Assembly: GCA_036504755.1 (NCBI GenBank) | Contig: DASXUP010000013.1 | Location: forward strand, 8,976 to 72,975 | Origin: Coriobacteriia bacterium | GTDB taxonomy: Bacteria; Actinomycetota; Coriobacteriia; Anaerosomatales; JAJZPX01 | Direction: 5' to 3' | DNA: 64,000 bases | Shown here: positions 52,565 through 61,211 of the stretch, piece after piece | Position numbering within the stretch: position 1 is the stretch's first letter | How the letters are laid out: the number at the start of each line of letters is the position of its first letter | Notes under the pieces: generated by a model | Told to the model about the DNA's origin: nothing | Seen by the model: the letters and a program-made list of their open reading frames with translations, nothing else | Database searches by the model: none | Program-made: the position numbers and the translations under genes

Positions 52565-53728
52565 ATGGGGTCGATCCTTCTCGCAGGCGCCGACGCCGAG
52601 TCCGGCGCCGCGCTGGCCGGGGCGCTTCGCGAGATCGCGGGGGATCTCGAGGTCCTCTGCGCCGACGAAGCGGGTGTCGAGGCGGTCTTCTCGGCCGAGC
52701 AGCCCTCCGTGGTAGTGCTCGGCCCGCTGCTCGAGACTTCGGCCGCGATGGCGCTGGCCCGGCGGTTCGCCGCCGCCACCCCGCCCTGCGAGGTGGTCCT
52801 CGTGGCCGTCGAACCGTCGACCGAGCTCATGCGCACCGCCATGCGCGTGGGCGTGCGTGACGTGCTGTCCGCAGAAGACGATTTCGTCGAGGTCGCCGAG
52901 GCGGTCAGGCTGGCTCACGGATCGGCGATGCAAAGAGGCCGGACGCAGGTGGAGAAGGCCGTACGCGCGGAGCGTCGCCTCGCCAAGGTGGTCACCGTGT
53001 TCGGCACCAAAGGCGGGGTCGGGAAGAGCGTCGTTGCGACCAACATGGCCGTCGCGCTGGCGCAGGCCGGGCACGCCGTCATGCTGCTCGACCTCGACCT
53101 GCAGTTCGGGGACACCGCGATCATGCTGCAGCTCGTGCCCGAGCGGACGATCTTCGACGCCGTCCAGTCCTTCGACCGTCTGGACGCCGAGATGCTGAAG
53201 GGCTTCTTGATCGAGCACTCCTCGGGCGTGAGGGCTTTGCTGGCGCCGGTGCATCCCGAGGAGGCGGAGGCCGTCACGGCGAGTCGGGTAGCCACGATCA
53301 TCGGCCTGCTGCGGGAGCTGGCGGACTTCGTGGTCATCGACACCCCGGCGTCCTTCAACGACGTAGTGCTCGGCGCCCTCGAGCAGAGCGACGAGGTGTA
53401 CACCATAGCGACGATGGACGTCCCGAGCGTGAAGAACGTGAAGGTGTCCCTGCAGAAGCTCCAGCAGCTCGGACTCGACGGCGGCCGCACCCGGCTCGTG
53501 CTGAATCGGGCCGACAGCAAGGTCGGGCTCCAGCCGGCGGACATCGAGTCCGCGACGGGCCAGGGGATCGTCGCGAAGATCCCGAGCGACCGGCTGGTGC
53601 CGAGGGCGGTCAACAAGGGCATTCCCGTCGTCGTCGACGCTCCCCGCTCTCCGGTGGCGCGCGCGCTCAACGCGCTCGCCCAGCTTGCGTCACAGCGCAT
53701 GGAGGAGGTCGATGCAGATGTCGCTTAG
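52565..53728 (+). CDS. tadZ: TadZ/CpaE-like pilus-assembly ATPase (receiver-like N-domain plus a MinD/ParA-type domain)
   Basis: VVTVFGTKGGVGKSVVATNMA is a deviant Walker A. LLDLDLQFGD and VIDTP. An alternative GTG start at 52550 overlaps the cpaB stop. Confidence 0.85.
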   Translation: MGSILLAGADAESGAALAGALREIAGDLEVLCADEAGVEAVFSAEQPSVVVLGPLLETSAAMALARRFAAATPPCEVVLVAVEPSTELMRTAMRVGVRDVLSAEDDFVEVAEAVRLAHGSAMQRGRTQVEKAVRAERRLAKVVTVFGTKGGVGKSVVATNMAVALAQAGHAVMLLDLDLQFGDTAIMLQLVPERTIFDAVQSFDRLDAEMLKGFLIEHSSGVRALLAPVHPEEAEAVTASRVATIIGLLRELADFVVIDTPASFNDVVLGALEQSDEVYTIATMDVPSVKNVKVSLQKLQQLGLDGGRTRLVLNRADSKVGLQPADIESATGQGIVAKIPSDRLVPRAVNKGIPVVVDAPRSPVARALNALAQLASQRMEEVDADVA

Positions 53729-55052
53729 CGATCGTCTCGGACAGGCCACCGCCGCGGCTCCGGCGGCGCTGCCCCCCATCGACGAGATCAAGAAGCGGCT
53801 CCATTATCAGCTCATCGAGTCGCTCGGCGCGGAGCTGGGCCGCGAGGGCGGCGGCAACGGGAGCACGCGCGGACGTCTCGAGACCGCCCTGTCCGCCCTC
53901 ATGGACGGCGAGCCGACACCGCTGTCGTCGGCGGATCGGCGGGAGATCGCCACGGACGTCCTCGACAACATCCTCGGGTACGGACCTATCGAGGTCTTCC
54001 TGAACGACCCCGAGATCACCGAGGTCATGGTGAACGGCCCGGACATGATCTACGTGGAGCGCGAAGGCAAGCTCCACGCGACGGGCCGGCGTTTCATCGA
54101 CGAGGACCATCTGCTGCGTATCATCGACAAGATCGTCAGCCAGGTGGGCAGGCGGATAGACGAGAGCGTACCGATGGTGGACGCGCGCCTTCCCGACGGC
54201 TCGCGCGTCAACGCCGTCATCCATCCGCTGGCGATCAACGGTCCCATGCTGACGGTGCGGAAGTTCTCCGCGACCCCGTTCACCTCGGACGACCTGATCG
54301 GGTTCGGCACGATGGACGAGAGCTCGGCCTTCTTCCTCGAAGCGTGTGTGCGCGGACGGATGAACGTGCTGATCTCCGGGGGCACCGGGTCGGGCAAGAC
54401 GACGCTGCTCAACGTGCTGTCGGCGTACGTCCCGGTCGACGAGCGCATCATCACCATCGAGGATGCAGCGGAACTCAACCTGGGCCAGGAGCACGTCCTG
54501 CGCCTCGAGGCCCGCCCGCCCAACATCGAGGGCAAGGGTCAGGTGACCATCCGCGACCTCGTGCGCAACTCGCTGCGTATGCGTCCCGACCGCATCATCG
54601 TCGGCGAGGTGCGCGGCGGCGAGGCGCTCGACATGCTCCAAGCGATGAACACGGGGCACGACGGATCGCTCTCGACGATCCACGCGAACTCCACTCGCGA
54701 CGCCCTCGCCCGGCTCGAGACGATGGTCCTGATGGCCGGGTTCGACCTGCCGGTGCGTGCTATCCGCGAACAGGTCAGCTCCGCGCTCGACCTCATCGTG
54801 CACATGATGCGGTTGAGCGACGGCACCCGGCGGGTCACGAAGATCTCCGAGGTGGAAGGCATGGAAGGCGAGATAGTCACCATGCAGGACGTCTTCGCTT
54901 TCGACTTCCAGGCAGGTGTGGACGAGCTGGGGCGGTTCAAGGGGCGGATACGTCCGACCGGCCTTCGGCCGAAGTTCGCCGAGCGGCTGGAGGAGCGAGG
55001 GATCTCTCTTCCCGGCGAGCTGTTCGGCAGCGACCGGAAACGCTGGCGGTGA
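53712..55052 (+). CDS. cpaF: CpaF/TadA secretion ATPase
   Basis: GGAGGAGG ribosome-binding site. ITEVMVNG, Walker [14 protein letters not shown], Walker [46 protein letters not shown]. Confidence 0.95.
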   Translation: MQMSLSDRLGQATAAAPAALPPIDEIKKRLHYQLIESLGAELGREGGGNGSTRGRLETALSALMDGEPTPLSSADRREIATDVLDNILGYGPIEVFLNDPEITEVMVNGPDMIYVEREGKLHATGRRFIDEDHLLRIIDKIVSQVGRRIDESVPMVDARLPDGSRVNAVIHPLAINGPMLTVRKFSATPFTSDDLIGFGTMDESSAFFLEACVRGRMNVLISGGTGSGKTTLLNVLSAYVPVDERIITIEDAAELNLGQEHVLRLEARPPNIEGKGQVTIRDLVRNSLRMRPDRIIVGEVRGGEALDMLQAMNTGHDGSLSTIHANSTRDALARLETMVLMAGFDLPVRAIREQVSSALDLIVHMMRLSDGTRRVTKISEVEGMEGEIVTMQDVFAFDFQAGVDELGRFKGRIRPTGLRPKFAERLEERGISLPGELFGSDRKRWR

Positions 55053-55057
55053 CGGTG

Positions 55058-56974
55058 ATGCGACGTCTTCTCGCGACGCTTCTCCTCGCTGCTGTCTGGT
55101 GTCTCACCCCGTCGGTCGCGGCGGCGGCGAGCCCTTCCGCGCTCGTCGTGCAGTCCTTGGAGACGTCCGCCTACCCGGCCGTCACCGTCCGCGTCATGGT
55201 TCCCTCATCGCTCTCCAGGACGGGTACGGCACCGGCGTTCACCGTGAAAGAGAACGGCGTAGAGCTCGCGGGAGTCAGTGCGCGCCCTGTCGCGATCGAC
55301 CGAGCGCCGCTCTCGATCGTGCTGGTGATGGACACCAGCGGCAGCATGCGCGGAGAGCCGCTGGCGGCGGCGAAGCAAGCCGCAGCCACTTTCATCGGGG
55401 CCCTCGCGGCCGAGGACCAGGTGGCGGTGGTGGGCTTCAACACGCGGCCCGACATCCTCTCCCGGTTCACGGCCGACCGGTCGAGCAGCCTTGCCGCCGT
55501 CGGGCAGTTGCAGGCGTCCGGGGAGACGGCGATGTACGACGCACTCATCGCCGCGGACACGCTGGCTTTCACGGCGCCCTCCACGCAACGCATCGTCGTG
55601 CTGCTGTCGGACGGCGGCGACACGCAGAGCTCTTCCTCGCTCGACACGACGCTACGCTTCCTCAAGCAGGGGGCCGTCCCGGTGTTCGCGCTGGGTCTGG
55701 CGTCTCCCGAAGCCGCTCCCGCCGCGCTGGCTCGGATAGCGTCCGAGACGCGAGGCAGGAGTCTGGGCGTGGAGCAGGCGGGTGACCTCGGCCGTGTGTA
55801 CGCGGACGTGGCGCGGCAGATACAGAACCGCTACGACGTGGCGTTCACGAGCGCGGGTCCGGCGACAAAGGACCTCGAGCTCGCGATATCCGGACGCTCG
55901 GGCCCGAACTCCGCCGCGGCGGACCTGGTCATCGCCAACCCGGCGTTCGCGGCGCCACGCGCCTCTCAGCTCGCGGAGGCCGCGCGCTCCGGCACGGGTG
56001 CGGCGGCACCGATGACAGTCGGCATCCTCGGCATATTCGCGGTCGCGGGTCTCGTGTTCGGCGCGGTCATGCTCTTCGCGCTGTTCGCGTTCCGCTCGCT
56101 CGCCCGCAAGCCCAGCGCGATGGAGCAGCTGTCCTACTACGAGCAGTCGGCTTCCGCCGACGACAGCAATCCCGGTGGTCTGCGCGCGAGGCTTATGTCG
56201 GTGGTCGGCCAGGTGGCGGAGCGGCGCGGGTTCACAGGTGAGCTCCAGGTGCGGCTGGAGGCGGCGGGCTTGCCGCTTCGCCCGGTGGAGTACATCACGA
56301 TGCACGTCGTGTTCGTGGTCGCGGTCGGTTTCGTCACCGAGGTGTTCACGGGGTCTCTCGGCTTCTCGCTGGCCGTCATCCTCCTCTCCGCGTTCGCCCC
56401 GCTCCTGTTGCTCGACCTGCTCGCGACGAGGCGCAAGAAGGCGTTCGCCGCGCAGCTGCCCGACGTTCTCGGGTTGATCGCCGGTTCGCTGCGGGCGGGC
56501 TACGGGCTCATGCAGGCGGTGGATCACATCGTGCGGGAGGCGCCCGCTCCGGCCGGCGTGGAGTTCCAGCGCGTCCAGACGGAGGCCCGGCTGGGACTGC
56601 GCGTGGAGGACGCGCTCGAGAAGATGGCCCGCCGTATGGGAAGCCCGGATTTCGAATGGGCGGTCTCGGCGATCACGATCCAGCGAGAGGTAGGCGGCAA
56701 TCTCGCGGAGGTCCTCGACATCGTGGGCAGGACGATCCGCGAGCGTGACGCGCTTCGGCGCACCATCGACGGCCTCACTGCCGAGGGCAGACTCTCGGCG
56801 GTCATCCTCGTGATCCTCCCGTTCGTGGTGGGATTCGTGCTGTTCTTCGTCTCGCCCGGCTACATCGGGCTGCTGTTCACCTCCCCGATGGGCTGGTTCC
56901 TCGTCGGCTCGGCCGTCCTGCTGATGATCGTCGGCGTGATCTGGCTGCGCCGCGTCTCGATGATCGAGGTGTGA
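55058..56974 (+). CDS. tadB: Fusion of a secreted von Willebrand factor A domain and a TadB-type (T2SS-F) pilus platform protein
   Basis: Signal [24 protein letters not shown]. vWA MIDAS motif [10 protein letters not shown]...[10 protein letters not shown]...[10 protein letters not shown] segment [26 protein letters not shown]2SSF domain [25 protein letters not shown]...[17 protein letters not shown]. Confidence 0.85.
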   Translation: MRRLLATLLLAAVWCLTPSVAAAASPSALVVQSLETSAYPAVTVRVMVPSSLSRTGTAPAFTVKENGVELAGVSARPVAIDRAPLSIVLVMDTSGSMRGEPLAAAKQAAATFIGALAAEDQVAVVGFNTRPDILSRFTADRSSSLAAVGQLQASGETAMYDALIAADTLAFTAPSTQRIVVLLSDGGDTQSSSSLDTTLRFLKQGAVPVFALGLASPEAAPAALARIASETRGRSLGVEQAGDLGRVYADVARQIQNRYDVAFTSAGPATKDLELAISGRSGPNSAAADLVIANPAFAAPRASQLAEAARSGTGAAAPMTVGILGIFAVAGLVFGAVMLFALFAFRSLARKPSAMEQLSYYEQSASADDSNPGGLRARLMSVVGQVAERRGFTGELQVRLEAAGLPLRPVEYITMHVVFVVAVGFVTEVFTGSLGFSLAVILLSAFAPLLLLDLLATRRKKAFAAQLPDVLGLIAGSLRAGYGLMQAVDHIVREAPAPAGVEFQRVQTEARLGLRVEDALEKMARRMGSPDFEWAVSAITIQREVGGNLAEVLDIVGRTIRERDALRRTIDGLTAEGRLSAVILVILPFVVGFVLFFVSPGYIGLLFTSPMGWFLVGSAVLLMIVGVIWLRRVSMIEV

Positions 56975-56975
56975 G

Positions 56976-57899
56976 ATGTACGTCGTGATGTTCTGCGCCT
57001 TCGCGGCCGCGTCGCTCGCGGCGTACGCCGCCCTCGACGCCGTCTTCGCCGATGAGCGTCAGGTGCGCCGCGCCATGAAGGGCCTGTCGGCGTACGAGGC
57101 GGAACAGGCCAAGGAAGCGGAGCCGCTCCTGCGTCCGATACGTGAGCGGGCCGGCGCCGCGACACGTGCCGCGGTCTCGCGCGCGGCGCACCTCCTTGCG
57201 CCGGCCGACTACTTCGAGCGCCTGCGAACGCGCCTGCTGCATGCCGGCGAGCCCGGCGGCCTTTCCGCCGACGGGCTGCTCACGGTGAAGTTCCTGTCCG
57301 TCCCCGTCGCGCTCGTCGTGCTCGGCCCGCTCGCGGTCTTCCTGTTCGTGGCCGGTATGCGCATCCCGTCGTTCCTGTCGGCGTTGCTGATCCCGGCTGC
57401 GTTCTTCGCACCCGACCTGTGGCTCGCGAGCCTGGCGAACTCGCGCGCGCACGCCATCCGCGTGGCGCTGCCGGACATGCTGGACATGCTCACGATCAGC
57501 GTCGAGGCGGGCCTGGGGCTGGACGCCGCCCTCGGCAAACTCGTCGCGAACACCACAGGGCCGCTCTCGCAGGAGTTCGGCACGATGCTGCGGGAGATCC
57601 AGGCGGGCATCTCGCGCAGGGACGCGTTCCGCAACCTGTCGCAGCGCGTCGACGTGCCCGAGCTCACGGCGTTCATCTCCGCGATGGTGCAGGCGGACGT
57701 CTTCGGCGTCAGCGTGAGCCAGGTGCTCAGGTCGCAGGCGCAGGAGATGCGACTGAAGAGGCGCCAGCTCGCCGAGGAGATGGCACAGAAGGCCCCCGTC
57801 AAGATCGTCTTCCCGCTGGTGTTGTGCATCCTGCCGGCGACGCTGATCGTCATCATCGGCCCCGCGATCTTGACGATCGGGCGCATGTTCGGGATCTGA
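56976..57899 (+). CDS. tadC: TadC-type (T2SS-F) pilus platform protein
   Basis: [46 protein letters not shown] and [25 protein letters not shown]. Confidence 0.9.
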   Translation: MYVVMFCAFAAASLAAYAALDAVFADERQVRRAMKGLSAYEAEQAKEAEPLLRPIRERAGAATRAAVSRAAHLLAPADYFERLRTRLLHAGEPGGLSADGLLTVKFLSVPVALVVLGPLAVFLFVAGMRIPSFLSALLIPAAFFAPDLWLASLANSRAHAIRVALPDMLDMLTISVEAGLGLDAALGKLVANTTGPLSQEFGTMLREIQAGISRRDAFRNLSQRVDVPELTAFISAMVQADVFGVSVSQVLRSQAQEMRLKRRQLAEEMAQKAPVKIVFPLVLCILPATLIVIIGPAILTIGRMFGI

Positions 57900-57964
57900 T
57901 CGCGGCTCCTCCCCTCTCGCTGCCGCGGGGCGCGCGGGCTCGGCGCCGATGGCGATACACTGTT

Positions 57965-58010
57965 GAGGCGGCACGAGCCGGGTGCGATCCCGCCCCGCCG
58001 TTGCCGCCTC
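57965..58010 (+). other. GC-rich structured element between tadC and folE. It could be the tad operon terminator or a folE leader.
   Basis: GAGGCGGCA...TGCCGCCTC is a perfect 9-bp outer stem. It encloses CCGGG-TGCGAT-CCCGC, which pairs through the 4-bp inner stem CGGG/CCCG. The element ends 27 nt before the folE ATG, with no U tract. Confidence 0.3.
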
Positions 58011-58036
58011 GGCCGACGAGGGTTGGAGCGCTTGGT

Positions 58037-58600
58037 ATGGATCGCGACAAGATCGAGCGGGGCGTGCGGCTGATACTGGAAGGGATCGGCGAGGACCCGT
58101 CGCGCGAGGGGCTCGCCCGTACGCCCGAGCGGGTCGCCGACATGTACGAGGAGATATTCGCGGGCATCGGCGAAGACGCCGGGCAGCACTTCTGCGTGAC
58201 CTTCAACGAGGAGCACCAGGAGATGGTGCTCGTGCGCGCCATCCCGCTGTACTCGGTCTGCGAGCACCATCTGGTGCCGTTCATGGGCCGTGCGCATGTG
58301 GCGTACATCCCCGGCAAGGAAGGCCGTATCTGCGGGCTGTCTAAGCTCGCGCGCGTGGTCGACGTGTTCGCGAAGCGCCCGCAGGTGCAGGAGCGGATGA
58401 CGTCGCAGATCGCCGACACGATCGTCGAGCACCTCAAGCCGCAAGGCGTGATGGTGGTCATCGAGGCCGAGCACCTGTGCATGTCCATGCGCGGCGTGAA
58501 GAAGCCCGGCGCCGTGACGGTCACCTCGGCGGTGCGGGGGATCTTCGAGCGCTCCACCAAGACGCGCGCCGAGGCGATGTCGCTCATCAAGGGTTCGTGA
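58037..58600 (+). CDS. folE: GTP cyclohydrolase I
   Basis: ATG 58037 is in frame with track ORF 57419..58600. [46 protein letters not shown] and [12 protein letters not shown]. Confidence 0.95.
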   Translation: MDRDKIERGVRLILEGIGEDPSREGLARTPERVADMYEEIFAGIGEDAGQHFCVTFNEEHQEMVLVRAIPLYSVCEHHLVPFMGRAHVAYIPGKEGRICGLSKLARVVDVFAKRPQVQERMTSQIADTIVEHLKPQGVMVVIEAEHLCMSMRGVKKPGAVTVTSAVRGIFERSTKTRAEAMSLIKGS

Positions 58601-58622
58601 CGACCTTTCGGGCATCACGAAC

Positions 58623-58669
58623 CGCGCGGGATCGAGCAGAGCCGCTGCGCTCGCAGCTCATCCCGCGCG
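58623..58669. terminator. Hairpin spanning the convergent folE/cca gene ends (bidirectional terminator candidate)
   Basis: CGCGCGGGAT (58623..58632) pairs perfectly with ATCCCGCGCG (58660..58669). An inner GAGC/GCTC pair is possible. The right arm overlaps the cca stop codon. Confidence 0.4.
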
Positions 58670-60124
58670 CGCCACGAGGTCCTTCGCGTACGCGAGCGCC
58701 TCGTCGCGTGAGGTGACGCGGCGGTCGAGCTGCGCCTCGCGGATGGCGGCGACCACGCGGCCGAGGGCGGGCCCCGGCGGCAGGCCGGTGGCCGCCATCA
58801 GCTCGCGCCCGTCCACGAGCGGGCGCTCGGTGATGCGGGCGGCGGCCCAGCCGTAGTAGGCGTCGGCCATCTCGCGCACGAACTCGCGCGTGCGCTCGAG
58901 GCTCGCCGGGTCGCTCGCCGGCCCGCGCGTCGCCATCCCGTCGGCGAGCGCGAGCAGCAGGAGCGCGAGCCCGCTCTCGCCGTTGCGACGGAAGAAGCGC
59001 GCGCAGCGCCGCTCGGTCAGCGGCCGCGTTCTGACGAGGTCGGCGGGAACCAGGTGGCGCTCGACCCAGGTGGCGGCCTCGCCGGTCTCGCGCGCCGACA
59101 GCCGGAGCCGCTCGCACGCCGCGCGCACCATCGCGGCGCCGCGCTTCGTGTGGCCGTAGAAGGTGACCTTGCCGTCGCGGAGCTCGCGCATCGCCGGCTT
59201 GCCCGAGTCGTGCAGGAGCTCGGCGAACTTCAGCAGCGCCGAGCGCGACCGGTCCGGCACGAGCTGCTCGCCGAGGAACCCGCGCAGGCGCTCGGCGTTA
59301 CGCTCGCCGACGAGCGCAGCGAGGTCCGCCAGCAGCTCTTCGAGATGCTCGAGCGCCTCGAGGGAGTGCAGCCACACGTCGAGGTGGTGGTAGGCGTTCT
59401 GCGTGACGCCGCGCATGAGTGCCACCTCGGGGAGCAGGTTGTCGAGCAGCCCGATCTCGTCCATCTCCCGCACCTGCGCGGCTGCCGCCGGCGTCCCGAG
59501 CACGATGAACAGCTCGCGCGCGGTGCGCTCGGGCGAGGGGCGGTCCGCCAGGTGGGCGAGCCGGCGGATCGCCCCGAGCGTGAGCGGATCCACGCGGAAG
59601 CCGAGCGTGGCCGAGAACCGGAACGCGCGCAGCAGCCGCAGCGGATCGGCCGCCAGCGGCTCCTCGGAGATCATGCGGACGGTGCGGTCGCCGAGATCCC
59701 GTGCGCCGCCGAAGGGGTCGACGACTTGCGCGGTCCCGTCGGCCGACAACGCCGCTAGAGGGACCGCCATCGCGTTGATCGTGAAGTCGCGGCGCGCGAG
59801 GTCGTCCTCGATCGAGCGCCCTGCGGTGCCCGAAACGTCGTAGGTGGTCCCGTCGGCGCCCACCACCCGTGCGGTGCCGTGCGCGGGGGCGAGCGCGACG
59901 TATGCGCCGCGAGTCTCATCGGCGAGAGAGCGCGCGAGCGCCTGGTAGTCGCCCCGCACCGCCACGTCGACGTCGAGCGGGAGCGAAGGGCGGCCAGCCA
60001 GCAGCTCCCGCACCGTCCCGCCGACCAGCCACGCCTCCTCGCCGCGGGCTGCCGAGAGCCGCCTCAGCAGGTCGACCCGCGCGCGCAGGCCTTCAGGCAC
60101 CTCGGCCGTCCTCACCTCCGCCAC
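58658..60124 (-). CDS. cca: CCA-adding tRNA nucleotidyltransferase (poly(A) polymerase head plus HD domain)
   Basis: GTG start with a GGAAGGAGG ribosome-binding site. WLVGGTVRELLAG, DVDVAV, RRDFTINAMA and the HD region HDSGKP. Confidence 0.9.
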   Translation of the reverse strand: MAEVRTAEVPEGLRARVDLLRRLSAARGEEAWLVGGTVRELLAGRPSLPLDVDVAVRGDYQALARSLADETRGAYVALAPAHGTARVVGADGTTYDVSGTAGRSIEDDLARRDFTINAMAVPLAALSADGTAQVVDPFGGARDLGDRTVRMISEEPLAADPLRLLRAFRFSATLGFRVDPLTLGAIRRLAHLADRPSPERTARELFIVLGTPAAAAQVREMDEIGLLDNLLPEVALMRGVTQNAYHHLDVWLHSLEALEHLEELLADLAALVGERNAERLRGFLGEQLVPDRSRSALLKFAELLHDSGKPAMRELRDGKVTFYGHTKRGAAMVRAACERLRLSARETGEAATWVERHLVPADLVRTRPLTERRCARFFRRNGESGLALLLLALADGMATRGPASDPASLERTREFVREMADAYYGWAAARITERPLVDGRELMAATGLPPGPALGRVVAAIREAQLDRRVTSRDEALAYAKDLVARAG

Positions 60125-60200
60125 GCGGGCCTCCTTCCGCCACCTTCATACCACGCGGCCGCTATACTCGTGTCTCGAACAAGGCGGCGGGAGGTGTGGC

Positions 60201-61034
60201 ATGGGACGCGTCTGGCAGTGCGGGCGCTTCGAGCTCGCGCTCGATCGGCCGCTCGTGATGGGCATCCTCAACGTCACCCCCGATTCGTTCTCGGATGGCG
60301 GCCGGTTCGTGACCTACGCCGACGCGATCGCCGAAGGCCTCGCGGTCATCCCCGCCGGAGCCGACATCCTCGACGTCGGCGGTGAGTCCACGCGGCCCGG
60401 CTCGGCCGAGGTGCCACCCGCCGAGGAGGTCGGGAGAGTGCTTCCCGTGGTTGAGGCGCTCGTCGCGGACGCTCGCGTCCCGGTATCGGTCGACACGCGC
60501 CACGCCGACGTCGCTCAGCGATGCGTGGAGGCGGGCGTGGACGTCCTCAACGACGTCGGCGGCTTCCGCGACCCGTGGATGCGCGAGGTGGCCGCCGGCT
60601 CGAACGCCGGCTGCGTGGTGATGCACATGCGAGGCGACCCCGGGACGATGCAGCGCTCACCCCGATACGGCGACGTGTTCGCCGAGGTGAGGGAGTGGCT
60701 GGTCGGGCAGGCCCGGGCGCTCGAGGACGCGGGCGTCGGGCGGGAGCGCATATGTCTGGACCCGGGTATCGGCTTCGGCAAGGCGCTGGAGCACAACCTG
60801 ACCCTGCTGCGGCGCCTGCCGGAGCTCGCGGCGCTCGGCTATCCGCTCCTCCTCGGCGTGTCGCGCAAGCGCTTCATCGGCGAGGTCACCGAGGTGCCGG
60901 AGCCGGCCGAGCGGCTCGCGGGCAGCCTCGCCGCCGCCGTGTGGTGCGCGGAGCACGGCGCCGACGTCGTGCGCGTCCACGACGTCGGCCAGACCGCGCA
61001 GGCGCTTCGAGTGCTCCGCGCGATCGAGGGCTGA
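60201..61034 (+). CDS. folP: Dihydropteroate synthase
   Basis: GGGAGGTG ribosome-binding site. VMGILNVTPDSFSDGG, DVGGESTRPG, VSVDT, LNDV, DPGIGFGK, LLLGVSRKRFIG and VRVHDV. Confidence 0.95.
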   Translation: MGRVWQCGRFELALDRPLVMGILNVTPDSFSDGGRFVTYADAIAEGLAVIPAGADILDVGGESTRPGSAEVPPAEEVGRVLPVVEALVADARVPVSVDTRHADVAQRCVEAGVDVLNDVGGFRDPWMREVAAGSNAGCVVMHMRGDPGTMQRSPRYGDVFAEVREWLVGQARALEDAGVGRERICLDPGIGFGKALEHNLTLLRRLPELAALGYPLLLGVSRKRFIGEVTEVPEPAERLAGSLAAAVWCAEHGADVVRVHDVGQTAQALRVLRAIEG

Positions 61035-61148
61035 ACGCCGCCTATCCGCTCGTCCCCTGGGTCGAGCCGACCGGCGCCTTGCGGGTGACGTGCCGCACAC
61101 ACCCGCATCCCGCGTGCTCATCCTCGCCATCCCGCCCGCCGATACCAC

Positions 61149-61174
61149 GAACGGCACCGGAAGCGGTGCCGTTC
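61149..61174 (+). terminator. Hairpin downstream of folP (terminator candidate)
   Basis: GAACGGCACCG-GAAG-CGGTGCCGTTC is a perfect 11-bp stem. The U tract is poor (ATAGCGGTCTCATTCGTT). Confidence 0.4.
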
Positions 61175-61211
61175 ATAGCGGTCTCATTCGTTGAGGGAGG
61201 GCATCGGTGAG

